Positions 23,107 to 33,759 are shown, numbered from the stretch's first letter. The stretch is DNA of 64,000 nt from an uncultured Actinomycetes bacterium (GCA_963742735.1 CAVUMN010000002.1:32001-96000), one strand, 5' to 3'. Notes: generated from the sequence alone by a model not told the origin. Numbers and translations are program-made.

Positions 23107-23274
23107 TCGCCTAGCACCGCTCCAGTACACTTCAGAGGCTTGCCCAGCGAATGACACTGTTGTAATTTAAGACATGGACCCTTCCTACACTTTCGAGACT
23201 TCTAACCCAGCGACGGGGATTTTGGCGACCCCACACGCCCCTGTTAGAGTCGCGCCGCGCGTCGGGGGATGGAG

Positions 23275-24819
23275 ATGACGATCGGGGACCGAGAGCAAGA
23301 CAAGATCGTCGTCATCGATTTCGGTGCGCAGTATGCGCAGCTCATCGCCCGCAGGGTTCGGGAAGCCAACGTCAATAGCGAGGTTCTCAGTCACACGGCC
23401 TCGCTTCGACGGATTCTGAACCAGCGTCCGAGCGGCGTGATCCTTAGTGGCGGTCCAGACTCGGTCTATTCGAAGAAGGCTCCTCGCGTAGACGCCGCGC
23501 TGTATGAGGCCGGTATTCCGGTGCTCGGCATCTGTTATGGCGCTCAACTTATGGCCCAGCAGCTCGGTGGCGAGGTCGTCCGTAGCAGTCAGCGCGAATA
23601 CGGCGATGCAACCATCGAGATCTCTCCTCGTTCGACGCTTCTCAACGGGGCTCGCAAGCAGAACGTATGGATGAGTCACGGCGACTCCATCATGGCCCCA
23701 CCACCTGGAGCGAGAGTTGTAGCCCGGACTGAGTCGACTCCTGTTGCAGTCTGGGAAGACACCAAGCGCCGGCTTTTTGGTCTGCAGTTCCACCCCGAGG
23801 TGTCTCATACCGTGGGTGGACAAGACATCCTCTCGCGCTTCCTTTTCGATGTCTGCGGGTGCTCTCCATCGTGGACGACAGATACCCTCATCGATCAGAT
23901 CACGGATGACATCAAGAAGCAGGTTGGCAAAGAGCGCGTCGTGTGCGCCTTGTCCGGAGGCGTCGACTCAGCGGTAGCAGCGACACTCGTGCACCGAGCC
24001 GTTGGCAAACAGTTGGTGTGCGTCTTTGTTGATACTGGCTTGCTCCGCAAGGACGAGGCCTCCCGCGTCAGTGACCTTTTCGCTCGCACGTTGGGTGTGA
24101 AGGTTGTCCACGTCGATGCCTCGGCCAAGTTCCTCTCAAAGCTGAAAGGAGTCACGTCGCCTGAACGCAAACGGCGTCTCATCGGTGACACCTTCATTCG
24201 CGTTTTCGAGGATGCCGCACTCCGCCTTGGGAAGCCACGCTTCCTTGTTCAGGGCACGATCTATTCCGATGTCGTGGAGTCGGGAGCGGGCAAGGCGGCG
24301 CGAATCAAGTCTCACCACAACGTGGGTGGCTTGCCAAAGAAGATGCACTTCGAACTGGTCGAGCCGCTTCGTAGGCTCTTTAAGGATGAGGTGCGCCGCA
24401 TCGGATCGGCGATGGGCCTGGCTAGCGAGCTCGTTTGGCAGCAGCCATTCCCCGGGCCCGGTCTTGCTGTGAGGATCATCGGGGCGGTGACTCCCGAACG
24501 TCTCGAGATGCTGCGTGGAGCCGATGCCATCGTGACAGAGGAGATTCAGCGCGCCGGCCTTCAGACTGATCTGTGGCAGAGCTTCGCGATTCTCCCCACC
24601 ATTAGAACGGTCGGAGTCATGGGCGATGGCCGCACCTATGGCCACCCCATCGTGATTCGAGCTGTCACCAGCGACGACGCGATGACTGCCGACTGGGCCC
24701 CGCTCCCGCACGACGTGCTAAGGCGCATGTCATCCCGGATTGTTGGCGAGGTGCAAGGCGTGAATCGAGTGGTTTACGACATCACTTCGAAGCCGCCCGG
24801 CACCATTGAATGGGAGTGA
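23275..24819 (+). CDS. guaA: GMP synthase (glutamine-hydrolysing), island-borne
   Basis: [21 protein letters not shown] (Cys), QFHPEV (His/Glu), LSGGVDS PP-loop, [25 protein letters not shown]. Confidence 0.97.
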   Translation: MTIGDREQDKIVVIDFGAQYAQLIARRVREANVNSEVLSHTASLRRILNQRPSGVILSGGPDSVYSKKAPRVDAALYEAGIPVLGICYGAQLMAQQLGGEVVRSSQREYGDATIEISPRSTLLNGARKQNVWMSHGDSIMAPPPGARVVARTESTPVAVWEDTKRRLFGLQFHPEVSHTVGGQDILSRFLFDVCGCSPSWTTDTLIDQITDDIKKQVGKERVVCALSGGVDSAVAATLVHRAVGKQLVCVFVDTGLLRKDEASRVSDLFARTLGVKVVHVDASAKFLSKLKGVTSPERKRRLIGDTFIRVFEDAALRLGKPRFLVQGTIYSDVVESGAGKAARIKSHHNVGGLPKKMHFELVEPLRRLFKDEVRRIGSAMGLASELVWQQPFPGPGLAVRIIGAVTPERLEMLRGADAIVTEEIQRAGLQTDLWQSFAILPTIRTVGVMGDGRTYGHPIVIRAVTSDDAMTADWAPLPHDVLRRMSSRIVGEVQGVNRVVYDITSKPPGTIEWE

Positions 24820-25285
24820 ATCAACGCCTAAGCAGCGATCTTCCCTCCGTCAACGCCATCCATCCTGGCGCGTATCCGCTCTTGTGGCGTTGACTATCTT
24901 CACGTACGCAGCGCCTGCCGATGCGGCCTCCCCTCCACGACCGAAGAACGTCTGTTCTCAGGGCGTTTCCTTCGGCTACGAAATCGATCAGGTTTGGGGG
25001 AAGTTGGCCGTCGACCTGACCTGCTACCCCGCTTCCTTCATCAAACGAGTGAGACTCCGAACCACTGTCGAGCGATGTGTTGCCAACCTCTGCGAGACGC
25101 GGTCCCTCCAGCGCACGTGTCCGACGAGGAGGTGCTCTGTCGTTCTGCGGCTCGATCACGCTTCGGTGGAACTCGCTGACTACACCGTGACTGGGGCGTG
25201 GAGAAGCCTGAGTTCGCGCCATCACGGAACCACTTCGCTGGGCCCGAACCAATGTGCCTCGCTCGCCGTGACTACCACCTGCTGA
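24806..25285 (+). CDS. Putative secreted Cys-rich protein (8 Cys); start uncertain
   Basis: Hydrophobic stretch ending A-D-A, then a beta-rich mature part ending in Cys. Confidence 0.55.
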   Translation: MNGSESTPKQRSSLRQRHPSWRVSALVALTIFTYAAPADAASPPRPKNVCSQGVSFGYEIDQVWGKLAVDLTCYPASFIKRVRLRTTVERCVANLCETRSLQRTCPTRRCSVVLRLDHASVELADYTVTGAWRSLSSRHHGTTSLGPNQCASLAVTTTC

Positions 25286-25346
25286 GACTTGCTCAGCTGA
25301 CCGCGACTATGTAGCCTGCCCTCCGCCCACAACTTAGGAGAGTGCA

Positions 25347-26177
25347 ATGGCCCGCAAGGTTGTCCCCTTGCTTCTGCTGCTCGTCGCCGTGTCTGGCTCG
25401 CTTCCCGCCGCACCAGCCACTGCTGTGCCGGCTACCGGCTTTGGTGCGCTCGCAATCGCCATGGGCTGGACCTCTGAGACGAACTTCTCCATCGTCGGAG
25501 GCGTGCCCGTCAAGGTGGGCATTGGCTCAATCATCGGTGCCGGCGTGCCCTCGGGTGGTATGCGTTGCCTTGTTGTGGATCCGATTGTGCTGGGCCGATA
25601 TGTGCCCGAGGGGGGCGCAGGCAACGTCACCCTCGGATGGAAGTTCGATGCGACCTGCATCGCGAAGGTAACCTCGATCGGCTCCTCGGGGGTCACGAAG
25701 GGTGTCACCGGCTACACGACCTATGAGTCCAAAGGTCTGCCCGGACCAGCCGCCGATCCTGCTCCCGAACCCGACGGTCCAGGACCACATCACGAGCACG
25801 CTCTCTGGGGTCGCTCCTGGGTCGAGGAGTACGTCAACTGGACGACGACCGACCGCTACACAATCTTCCGTTATCACGAGACCTCTGAGAAGGTCTACGG
25901 CGGCTATGGCAATGAGGGGGACTGCTGGCGAAACGGGACGCATTGGACCATCACAGACTGCACCTTCCAGTGGCAACCCAATGGCCCGGCATGGGTCCAC
26001 AAGTGGGCCTGGGGACACTACAGCAGCAGTGTTCCTCCGCAGCCAGACTACACGCTGAATATCGAGCTCTGGGACGTCTACAAGCAGTACGGCTGGGCTT
26101 ACGATTGCTACGTCACCGACGGGGAAATCCCTCGCGGCTGGGAGAACAAGTGCAAGGCAAACCGCCAGTCGCCCTAA
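25347..26177 (+). CDS. Secreted two-domain protein, Trp/Tyr-rich C-terminal domain
   Basis: SD AGGAG, Sec-type signal peptide, Pro-rich linker, 6 Cys. Confidence 0.75.
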   Translation: MARKVVPLLLLLVAVSGSLPAAPATAVPATGFGALAIAMGWTSETNFSIVGGVPVKVGIGSIIGAGVPSGGMRCLVVDPIVLGRYVPEGGAGNVTLGWKFDATCIAKVTSIGSSGVTKGVTGYTTYESKGLPGPAADPAPEPDGPGPHHEHALWGRSWVEEYVNWTTTDRYTIFRYHETSEKVYGGYGNEGDCWRNGTHWTITDCTFQWQPNGPAWVHKWAWGHYSSSVPPQPDYTLNIELWDVYKQYGWAYDCYVTDGEIPRGWENKCKANRQSP

Positions 26178-26182
26178 CTCGA

Positions 26183-26485
26183 TTGGTTTCGTCCCCGGGA
26201 CTGGGAGGCCTACTCAGCCTGGTGACCTCCATTTGGTTGATCGTTCAGTTTGTCCAGAACGGAGACGGCGGAAATTTCCTTCTCGTGGTACCTGCCATCG
26301 CCGGTGCGCTCATCGCCATCACAAGACCGGAGTCTCGTCCGTTGCGTCTGTTGAGCGCATGTCTGATGGTCGTGTCAGGCGTCCCTTTGATCTATAGCGG
26401 GCTAGGTTTCTGGTTTTTCGTCGCCGCGCTCCTGGTGGCGCTCGGGCTCGTTGGCGGCCGCGGATCGGCCCGAGCGGCGTCCTAG
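26183..26485 (+). CDS. Small multi-pass membrane protein
   Basis: ~100 aa, about four hydrophobic segments, immediately after the secreted protein gene. Confidence 0.6.
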   Translation: MVSSPGLGGLLSLVTSIWLIVQFVQNGDGGNFLLVVPAIAGALIAITRPESRPLRLLSACLMVVSGVPLIYSGLGFWFFVAALLVALGLVGGRGSARAAS

Positions 26486-26548
26486 GGGATTGTGCAGCGA
26501 CAAGACCAAGCCCGACACTCGGCGCACAATCTCAGGGTTCGAGTAGCG

Positions 26549-26563
26549 TCCCCTCAGCTCCAC
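26549..26563 (+). repeat. att core (distal side; duplicated tRNA 3' end)
   Basis: Identical to 20342-20356; host-like GC composition resumes right after. Confidence 0.9.
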
Positions 26564-26574
26564 TCCCCGGCCGG

Positions 26575-26997
26575 TCACAGGTACCAGAGGTCGCCCTCGA
26601 ACTCGAAGCCCAGGGCCTCCTGGCCCCACTCGTCGCGCTTGTCGACGAGCCACGCCAGGAACTCCTTGCGCTTGCGCTCGTAGTCGTCGGCGTCGCCGAA
26701 GCCGGTGAGCACGGCGACCTCCTCGGCGATCATCTCGCCCTCGTCGCTCCGGTACCGCCCGGTGGCCAGGGTCTCGCGGCACCCGCCGAACAGCGAGGAC
26801 AGCAGGTCGGCGGCCTCGTCGCGCCGGCGGGCGAACTCCTCGGCGGAGATCGTCGCGTCGCCCTGGGTCGAGGGGATGTAGATGACGCACTCGAGCGGCA
26901 GGTGGGTGAGCCCCTTCGGCAGCCGCTCGAACGGCAGCTCGGACACCCACTCGTCGTCGACGTTGAACGAGGAGGGCTTCGGCGGTGGTTTCGCCAT
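26575..26997 (-). CDS. Hypothetical protein (DUF3574/PII-like pattern)
   Basis: LFGG......GRY...G..I.EEV...WGQEAL pattern. Confidence 0.65.
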   Translation of the reverse strand: MAKPPPKPSSFNVDDEWVSELPFERLPKGLTHLPLECVIYIPSTQGDATISAEEFARRRDEAADLLSSLFGGCRETLATGRYRSDEGEMIAEEVAVLTGFGDADDYERKRKEFLAWLVDKRDEWGQEALGFEFEGDLWYL

Positions 26998-27001
26998 GGC
27001 C

Positions 27002-27449
27002 CTATCTTCCCCCGCCGGCTCGAGGGGGGTGTCTCCCCGGAAGGGGTCGGGGCTCCGGGAGCCGTTCGCCCAGCGTGGCGAGCCCGAGAAGCGACGTCAG
27101 GCCGCCGAGGACCAGGTACAGGACCCCGTGCTTGGCGTGGACCCCCAGGACCCCGTGCAGGTCGTCGCCGGTGACCAGGACGAGGACGCCGAAGGCCAGG
27201 AACAGCAGCCCCAGGAACGCCGTCTCGCCCCCGCTGCCGCGGAAGGCGGCCGTGAGGAGAAGCATGAGCGCGACGAAGGCCTCGACCCATCCCAGCAGGG
27301 CGGTGTGATGGAACCCGAACGCGCCGACGTGGTGGTCGAAACCGAACGCCCCCGCCTTCGAGAGGGCCGTCACCCCCAGGGTGCCGAGGACGACGGCGGC
27401 GACCCCGTTGACCACCCGGCGAACGACGGACAGCACCTTGCCGATCACG
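27002..27449 (-). CDS. Membrane protein (DUF4383-like); start approximate
   Basis: Four hydrophobic segments. Confidence 0.6.
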
Positions 27450-27483
27450 CCAGTTGTATGCCCCCTCGGGGGAGGATGTGTCA

Positions 27484-27966
27484 ATGCTCGTCGAGCTGCG
27501 CGATGTCACCCACGAGGACCTGCCGGTGATGTTCGAGCACCAGCTCGATCCGAAGGCGGTGGCGATGGCCGCGGTCCCGTCCCGGGGAAAGGTCGCGTTC
27601 GTCTCGCACTGGACGAAGATACTTGCGGACGCAACTATCGTGGCGAAGGCCGTCCTGGTGGACGGCGTCGTCGCCGGCGACATGCTGTGCTGGGGGCCGC
27701 CCGAGGCGCGGCTGGTGGGCTACTGGATCGGCCGGGAGTTCTGGGGCCGCGGGGTGGCCAGCGAGGCCCTGCGGCAGCTCGTCGGCCAGGTCGCCGAGCG
27801 GCCGTTGCACGCCCACGTCGCGGTGGCGAACGTCGCGTCGATCCGGGTCCTGGAGAAGTGCGGCTTCGTGGAAACCGGCCGGAGCAAGGACGACGACGGG
27901 GTCGAGGAGCTCCACATGCGGCTCGACGATGCTCCCCCGGGCAGGTACGCGACGAGACCGGCTTGA
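27484..27966 (+). CDS. GNAT N-acetyltransferase (RimJ/RimL family)
   Basis: VGYWIGREFWGRGVASEAL, NVASIRVLEKCGF. Confidence 0.92.
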   Translation: MLVELRDVTHEDLPVMFEHQLDPKAVAMAAVPSRGKVAFVSHWTKILADATIVAKAVLVDGVVAGDMLCWGPPEARLVGYWIGREFWGRGVASEALRQLVGQVAERPLHAHVAVANVASIRVLEKCGFVETGRSKDDDGVEELHMRLDDAPPGRYATRPA

Positions 27967-27976
27967 ACTCCTTGTC

Positions 27977-29401
27977 ATGCGCCGTCTCTCGCTCGTGCTC
28001 TGCCTCGCCCTGGTCGCGTCCGGGTTCGCCGCGGCCGGCCCGGCGCAGGCCGCGGTGCCGAACCCCACCCTGACCGGGCCGATCACCGGCGGCATCCACG
28101 GCTTCCCGCTGTGGGACAGCTGGTATGACCTGAGCGAGGTCGGCTACCAGGAGGCCGAGTACTTCGTGTCCGGGACGGCGCGCTCGGCCGCCGGCGAGAC
28201 GGCCGAGTACACCACGCGGATCATCGTCACCCGTCCATCCTCGCCCGGACGATTCAACGGCAACGTCATGCTCGACTGGGTGAACGTCACCGCCCAGTTC
28301 GAGAACGCGGTCGACACCGTCGAGGCCCACGAATACCTGCTGCGGACCGGCTGGGCGTACGTCCACGTCAGCGCCCAGTCGGCCGGCATCTGCTGCACGC
28401 CGCTCACCCCGAAGGTGTGGGACCCGGTGCGCTACGCGGACCTGAACCACCCCGGCGACGACTTCGCGAACGACATCTTCAGCCAGGTCGCCCGGGCCAT
28501 CGACTCGCCGCGGGGGATCGACCCGCTGGCCGGGCTCACCCGCAAGCGCAAGCTCATCGCGGCCGGGCAGTCGCAGTCGGCGAGCCGCCTCTCCGACTAT
28601 GTGCGCAAGGCCCAGCCCGCCGCCCGGATCATCGATGGGTTCCTGATCCACGGGGGCGGCAGCCGGGAGTTCGCCCGGCCCCCCTCGGTCCCGGTGCTGC
28701 ACCTGATGAGCGACGCGGAGGCCTCGACCGAGCCCGCCAGCCGGACCCGCAACTACCGGCTGTGGGAGATCGCCGGCGCCTCCCATTCGGACTTCTGGAT
28801 CGGCTACCACCAAGAGGTCGGGATGGGACCGCGGTTCCTGGGCGGGCCGAAGCAGCCGGCCTCGGCGGACGAGGACATGCACGCCGTCGCCGGCAACTAC
28901 GGCGAGCAGCCCCACCCGCTGCACCCCGCGTGCATCCTGGCCGGCGGCGCGTTCCCCATGCGCTACGCGGTCTCGTCGGCGCTGCACCACCTGGACCGTT
29001 GGATCCGCCGCGGGCTCGCCCCGCCCCGCGGGCCGCGGTTCCAGATGGACGGCGAGAACCTGGCCCGCGACGCGAACGACAACGCCCTCGGCGGCATCCG
29101 GCTGCCCCCGATCGAGGTCCCCGTGGCGACGTACGAGTCGGACCGGTGCGCGCTGGGCGGGTTCACGGTCCCGTTCACCACGGCCCAGCTCCTGGTGCTC
29201 TACCCGACCCACGCCGACTACTACGCCAGGATGCGGGCGCGCACGATCTCCAGCGTCCGGGCCGGGTTCCTGCTGCCCGAGGACGCGGAGGACCTGCTGG
29301 CTCGGGCCTGCGCTGCCCGGGTGCGCTGGCTGGAGCTGGGCGAGGGGTGCAGTTCGGACATCCCGTACGGCAGGAACGCGACGCCCCGGCGTCAAATCTA
29401 G
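27977..29401 (+). CDS. Secreted alpha/beta-hydrolase domain protein
   Basis: Signal peptide, Y.EAEYFVSG, FNGNV.LDW.NV, GQSQSA nucleophile elbow, WEIAGASH, NALGGIRLP. Confidence 0.85.
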   Translation: MRRLSLVLCLALVASGFAAAGPAQAAVPNPTLTGPITGGIHGFPLWDSWYDLSEVGYQEAEYFVSGTARSAAGETAEYTTRIIVTRPSSPGRFNGNVMLDWVNVTAQFENAVDTVEAHEYLLRTGWAYVHVSAQSAGICCTPLTPKVWDPVRYADLNHPGDDFANDIFSQVARAIDSPRGIDPLAGLTRKRKLIAAGQSQSASRLSDYVRKAQPAARIIDGFLIHGGGSREFARPPSVPVLHLMSDAEASTEPASRTRNYRLWEIAGASHSDFWIGYHQEVGMGPRFLGGPKQPASADEDMHAVAGNYGEQPHPLHPACILAGGAFPMRYAVSSALHHLDRWIRRGLAPPRGPRFQMDGENLARDANDNALGGIRLPPIEVPVATYESDRCALGGFTVPFTTAQLLVLYPTHADYYARMRARTISSVRAGFLLPEDAEDLLARACAARVRWLELGEGCSSDIPYGRNATPRRQI

Positions 29402-29437
29402 ATAGGGACGCGTCCCGACTCCCGAAAGGCCTCGAAG

Positions 29438-31711
29438 ATGCCCCATGCCCGCCGCACGCTGATCGCGATCCTGGCCGTGGCGCTCGTCGCCGGGTCATTC
29501 GGGATCCCCACCGCCTCGGCGCAGGTACCCACGATCCCGCCGCGGCTGCCGTGCGACCCGCTCGATCCGGCCCTGTGCCTGCTCCCGTTCCCGAACGACC
29601 GGTTCACCGTGAGGGACGCCTCGACCGCCACCGGCCGGCGGATCGACTTCGGGCTCGCGGAGATGCCGCGGAGCGTGGCCGGCAAGCCGATCGAGCCCAC
29701 GGAGTGGAACCGCAACGACGGGTTCTCGCCGGGCTCGGAGATCCTCACCCACGTCCCCGGCCTGGATCTGCACCGGACGTGGGGGACCCACACCCTGACC
29801 GGCCCCGGCGTCGGCGGGCCCAACGACCCCCGCGACCACCTCGCCGAGATCGACCGCTACCGGGCCCCCGACGCGCCGATCCTGATCATCGACGCCACCA
29901 CGAAGAAGCGATGGGCGTTCTGGTCCGAGCTCGACCGCCACCCCGACACCGCCGACGCCGAGCGCCTGCTGATCCTGCGCCCGGCCGTGAACTTCCTGGA
30001 GGGTCACCGGTACCTGGTCGCCCTGCGCAACCTTCGCGATGGCCAGGGCAGCGTGATCCCAGCCGGCCCGCACTTCAAGGCCTACCGCGACAACACCGCC
30101 GGCCCCGCCACCGACCCGGCCTTCCAGGAGGCCAGCCGCGCCGAGGTGCGCGCGCTCATCGACGAGGTCGCCGTCGCGGAGCGCGGCCGCGGCCTGGCGT
30201 TCAACAAGTCCCAGCTCTTCCTGGCGTGGTCGTTCACGGTCGCCTCGCGCCGCAACCTGACCGAGCGGGTCCTGCACATCCGGGACCAGGCCTTCGCCAT
30301 GCTCGGCGACACCAACCTGAAGGACCGGGTGGTCACCGGCGCGCCGCCGCTGATCAGGATCACGCAGGTGACCGAGATCAACAGCGGCTCGAAGCTCCGC
30401 CAGATCGACGGGACCGTGCGAGTGCCGAACTACCTGGACGGCCCGCCGCTGCCGGTCGTCCAGGAGGTCGAGGTCCCCGAGTTCGGCGGGCTTCCCGCCC
30501 AGGCGGTCACCGGACGCCGGTTCCTGTCCGGCCTGGACGGCAAGCCCATGCAGAACCCGGCGTTCCCGTGGGTCAACGTGCCGTTCGTGTGCACGATCCC
30601 GAAGGTGGCCACCTCGACGAACCGCGCCCACCCCATGCTCTACGGCCACGGCCTGCTGGGCAGCCGCGGCGAGTCCACGGGCGGCTCGACCGAGCGTGAC
30701 CGCGAGCGGAACTTCATGCCCTGCGCGGTGAACTGGATGGGCTTCGCCGAGTACGACGTCGCCAACGCGGCCCAGACGCTCGTGGACCCCTCGAACATGC
30801 CGATGATGGCCGACCGCGCCCAGCAGGGGTTCCTCAACTTCCTGTTCCTGGGCCGGGCGCTCTCGCACGGTGGAGGGATGGCCTCGTTCCCGGCGTTCCA
30901 GGCCGCGAACGGCAAGCCGCTGTTCGCCACCAACCAGCTCTTCTACGACGGCAACAGCCAGGGCGGGATCATGGGCGGTGCGCTGACCGCGCTCGCGGTG
31001 GACCACACCCGCGCGGTGCTCGGCGTGACCGGGATGAACTACTCGACGCTGCTGAACCGCTCGGTCGACTGGGAGGGCGAGCTCATCAACCCCGACTTCC
31101 CCGGGGACCCGCTGCCCGCGTACTCCTCGATCCTGTACACGATGTTCCCCGACAAGCAGGAGCAGCAGCTGGTGCTGGCCCTGCTGCAGATGCTGTGGGA
31201 CCGGGCCGAGGCCGACGGCTACGCCCAGCACATGACCACCGACCCGCTGCCGAACACGCCACCGCACCAGGTCCTGATGCACGTCGCGCTCGGCGACTTC
31301 CAGGTCGCGAACGCTTCGGCGGAGGTCGAGGCGCGCACGATCGGGGCGCACGTCATGGACACGGCCCTGATGCCGGGGCGACACTGGGCCGTGGACGGCT
31401 TCTTCGCGCTTCCGCCCATGCCGCGCACCGACACGGGGAAGTTCGCCGAGTTCAGGGGCTCCGCCCTGGTCTACTGGGACTCGGGGAACCTCACGCCCCC
31501 GAACTGGAACGTCCCGCCGGCCGAGGACGGGGGCGACCCGCACGAGGATCCCCGTCGCGACCCCCGCGGGGCCGACCAGAAAGTGCGGTTCTGGCTGACC
31601 GGATTCATCATCGACGTGATGTCCGGCGGGCCGTACCTGCTGTGCCGGCCGGGCGCGGAGGGCGACATCCCGCGCGTGCCGAGTCAGTTCACGACCGACT
31701 GGTGCGCCTGA
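29438..31711 (+). CDS. Secreted lipase-like alpha/beta-hydrolase
   Basis: Signal peptide, CLLPFPND, DGFSP, YGHGLLG, GNSQGGIMG, GDFQV. Confidence 0.85.
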   Translation: MPHARRTLIAILAVALVAGSFGIPTASAQVPTIPPRLPCDPLDPALCLLPFPNDRFTVRDASTATGRRIDFGLAEMPRSVAGKPIEPTEWNRNDGFSPGSEILTHVPGLDLHRTWGTHTLTGPGVGGPNDPRDHLAEIDRYRAPDAPILIIDATTKKRWAFWSELDRHPDTADAERLLILRPAVNFLEGHRYLVALRNLRDGQGSVIPAGPHFKAYRDNTAGPATDPAFQEASRAEVRALIDEVAVAERGRGLAFNKSQLFLAWSFTVASRRNLTERVLHIRDQAFAMLGDTNLKDRVVTGAPPLIRITQVTEINSGSKLRQIDGTVRVPNYLDGPPLPVVQEVEVPEFGGLPAQAVTGRRFLSGLDGKPMQNPAFPWVNVPFVCTIPKVATSTNRAHPMLYGHGLLGSRGESTGGSTERDRERNFMPCAVNWMGFAEYDVANAAQTLVDPSNMPMMADRAQQGFLNFLFLGRALSHGGGMASFPAFQAANGKPLFATNQLFYDGNSQGGIMGGALTALAVDHTRAVLGVTGMNYSTLLNRSVDWEGELINPDFPGDPLPAYSSILYTMFPDKQEQQLVLALLQMLWDRAEADGYAQHMTTDPLPNTPPHQVLMHVALGDFQVANASAEVEARTIGAHVMDTALMPGRHWAVDGFFALPPMPRTDTGKFAEFRGSALVYWDSGNLTPPNWNVPPAEDGGDPHEDPRRDPRGADQKVRFWLTGFIIDVMSGGPYLLCRPGAEGDIPRVPSQFTTDWCA

Positions 31712-31736
31712 GCGACCCCTTTGCTACGGTCCCGGT

Positions 31737-32804
31737 GTGGCCGGAACCGAGCTGACCGACGGGCCGTTCACGCCGGAGGAGCTCCAGCTCGCGACGCGCA
31801 ATCGCGGCATGCCCTTGGAGGCCCTCCGCTACGACGTCACGCCGACCGGCATGCACTACCTGCTGATCCACTTCGACATCCCGGAGACCGACGCCGCGTC
31901 CTGGACGGTCGAGGTCGGCGGGCTCGTCGAGCGTCCCCTGACGCTGTCCATGCAGGACCTGCAGGCCCGGCCCGCGCGGACCCTCACGGTGACCATGGAG
32001 TGCGCGGGCAACGGCCGGGCCCGGTTGAGCCCCCGGGCCATCAGCCAGCCGTGGCTGGTCGAGGCCATCGGCACGGCCGAGTGGACCGGAACGCCGCTGC
32101 GCGAGGTGCTGGAGGACACGGGGGTACGCGAGGAGGCCGTGGAGCTGGTGTTCACCGGCGCCGACCACGGCGTTCAGGGCGACGTCGAGCAGGACTACCA
32201 GCGGAGCCTGACCGTGGACGAGGCCACGGCGCCGGACGTGCTGCTCGCGTACGCCATGAACGGCCGGCCCCTGGAGCCGCAGCACGGTGCGCCGGTGCGC
32301 CTGCTCGTCCCGGGCTGGTACGGGATGACCAGCGTGAAGTGGCTGAACCGGATCGAGGCGGTGGCCGAGCCGTTCGAGGGCTACCAGCAGAAGGACGCCT
32401 ACCGGTTCCAGCGAGACGAGGACGACCTGCCGGGAGAGCCCGTCACCCGGATCCGCGTCCGGGCGTTGATGATCCCGCCCGGCGCCCCGGACTTCATGAC
32501 CCGGCGGCGGATGGTCGACGCCGGCACCGTCCTGGTGCGCGGCCGGGCGTGGTGCGGCCAGGCCGCGGTGGATCGCGTCGAGCTGGGGGTGGACGGGGAA
32601 TGGACCGAGGCCCGGCTGGGGCCGGCGCTCGGCGAGTACGCGTGGCGGGCGTGGGAGGCCGACTGGAAGGCGACGCCGGGCGAGCACGAGCTGTCCTGCC
32701 GGGCCACCGATGCGGCCGGCAACGCCCAGCCCCTCGAGCAGCCGTGGAACCTCCAGGGGATGGCCAACAACCTGGTCCAGACCGTGCCGGTGACGGTCCG
32801 CTGA
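31737..32804 (+). CDS. Sulfite oxidase-like molybdopterin oxidoreductase
   Basis: TMECAGNGR, WTGTPL, AMNGRPL..QHGAPVRLLVPGWYG..SVKWL, RATD.AGN.QP; leaderless TACGGT-6nt-GTG. Confidence 0.92.
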   Translation: MAGTELTDGPFTPEELQLATRNRGMPLEALRYDVTPTGMHYLLIHFDIPETDAASWTVEVGGLVERPLTLSMQDLQARPARTLTVTMECAGNGRARLSPRAISQPWLVEAIGTAEWTGTPLREVLEDTGVREEAVELVFTGADHGVQGDVEQDYQRSLTVDEATAPDVLLAYAMNGRPLEPQHGAPVRLLVPGWYGMTSVKWLNRIEAVAEPFEGYQQKDAYRFQRDEDDLPGEPVTRIRVRALMIPPGAPDFMTRRRMVDAGTVLVRGRAWCGQAAVDRVELGVDGEWTEARLGPALGEYAWRAWEADWKATPGEHELSCRATDAAGNAQPLEQPWNLQGMANNLVQTVPVTVR

Positions 32805-32814
32805 GCCGGGCGGC

Positions 32815-33759
32815 TCAGGCGGCGGTGGAGCGGCGCATCGACAGGCGGACCATCGCCCGGTTGGGCCGGCTGTCGATCTGCACCAGGTCGACGAGCTGGC
32901 GGGCGATCCACAGCCCCCGGCCGCCGGGGGTCTTCTCCGACGGCGGGTGATAGCCGGCCACGGGGTCGGACGGGCCGCGGCCCTCGTCCTCGATCTGACA
33001 GACGAACCGTCCGTCCTCGCCCCACACCGACAGTGTCACCTGCCCGTGACCGTGGACGAGCCCGTTGGTGAGGATCTCGTTCGCGGCGAGCAGGAGGTCG
33101 GTGATCCGCTCGGACGCCAGCCCGGCGTCGATGGCCTGGGTCTTCAGGAAGTGGCGCGCCGCGAAGAGCTCGAACGGGGACCGCAGGCGGGCAGCCTCCA
33201 GGGGGGGCGGATCGAGCCGGTGCGCCCACCGCTCGAGGAACGCGGCCGGGGGCACGAAGTCCATGCTGTGAACCTCCATGGGGAGCTGCACCGTGGGATG
33301 GGTCACGCGGGCCACGTCGACGATCGAGCTCGGAAGCGACGCCGCGTCATAGGTGCAGATGAGGGTGACGGGATACGCGCTCATGACGTCGTTCAGGACG
33401 GACTCGTAGCGCTGCCACTCCAGGACGTCGTCCGAGTCGAGCGACCACACCGGCTCGCCGGCCAGCCGGATGTGCCGCGCGCCGACGGCGAGTCGCTCCT
33501 CGACGTAGTCCGTGAACGCGCGGAGCCTGGGCATCGGGCGTGGATGCCAGGCGAGCGTGTCCTTCCACACGACGCCGTCCTGGTTGCCGATCCGGCTCCG
33601 AAGGGCCTCGAGGTGCTCGGACCCCACGGCCACGAACACCGGCTCGTTGCGCTCCAGGCCCTCCTGGACGAACGGCAGCATGACCTGGAGGAATTGCTCG
33701 AGCGTCGAGTGCAATAGCGCCGGGTGCTCGAACCCAACGCGCGTCATCTCCTGCTGCAT
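32815..33759 (-). CDS. MEDS-domain anti-sigma/HATPase regulatory protein (RsbA/PrsR-like)
   Basis: FEHPALL, GEPVW, WQRYES.LN, LICTYD, THP; NEILTN, DEGRG, GGRGLWI. Confidence 0.9.
   Translation of the reverse strand: MQQEMTRVGFEHPALLHSTLEQFLQVMLPFVQEGLERNEPVFVAVGSEHLEALRSRIGNQDGVVWKDTLAWHPRPMPRLRAFTDYVEERLAVGARHIRLAGEPVWSLDSDDVLEWQRYESVLNDVMSAYPVTLICTYDAASLPSSIVDVARVTHPTVQLPMEVHSMDFVPPAAFLERWAHRLDPPPLEAARLRSPFELFAARHFLKTQAIDAGLASERITDLLLAANEILTNGLVHGHGQVTLSVWGEDGRFVCQIEDEGRGPSDPVAGYHPPSEKTPGGRGLWIARQLVDLVQIDSRPNRAMVRLSMRRSTAA

Noticed and set aside
23275-24819. guaA as the island integration site
   Set aside because: The att repeats match the tRNA-Ala 3' end and enclose guaA; no duplicated guaA 3' end was seen
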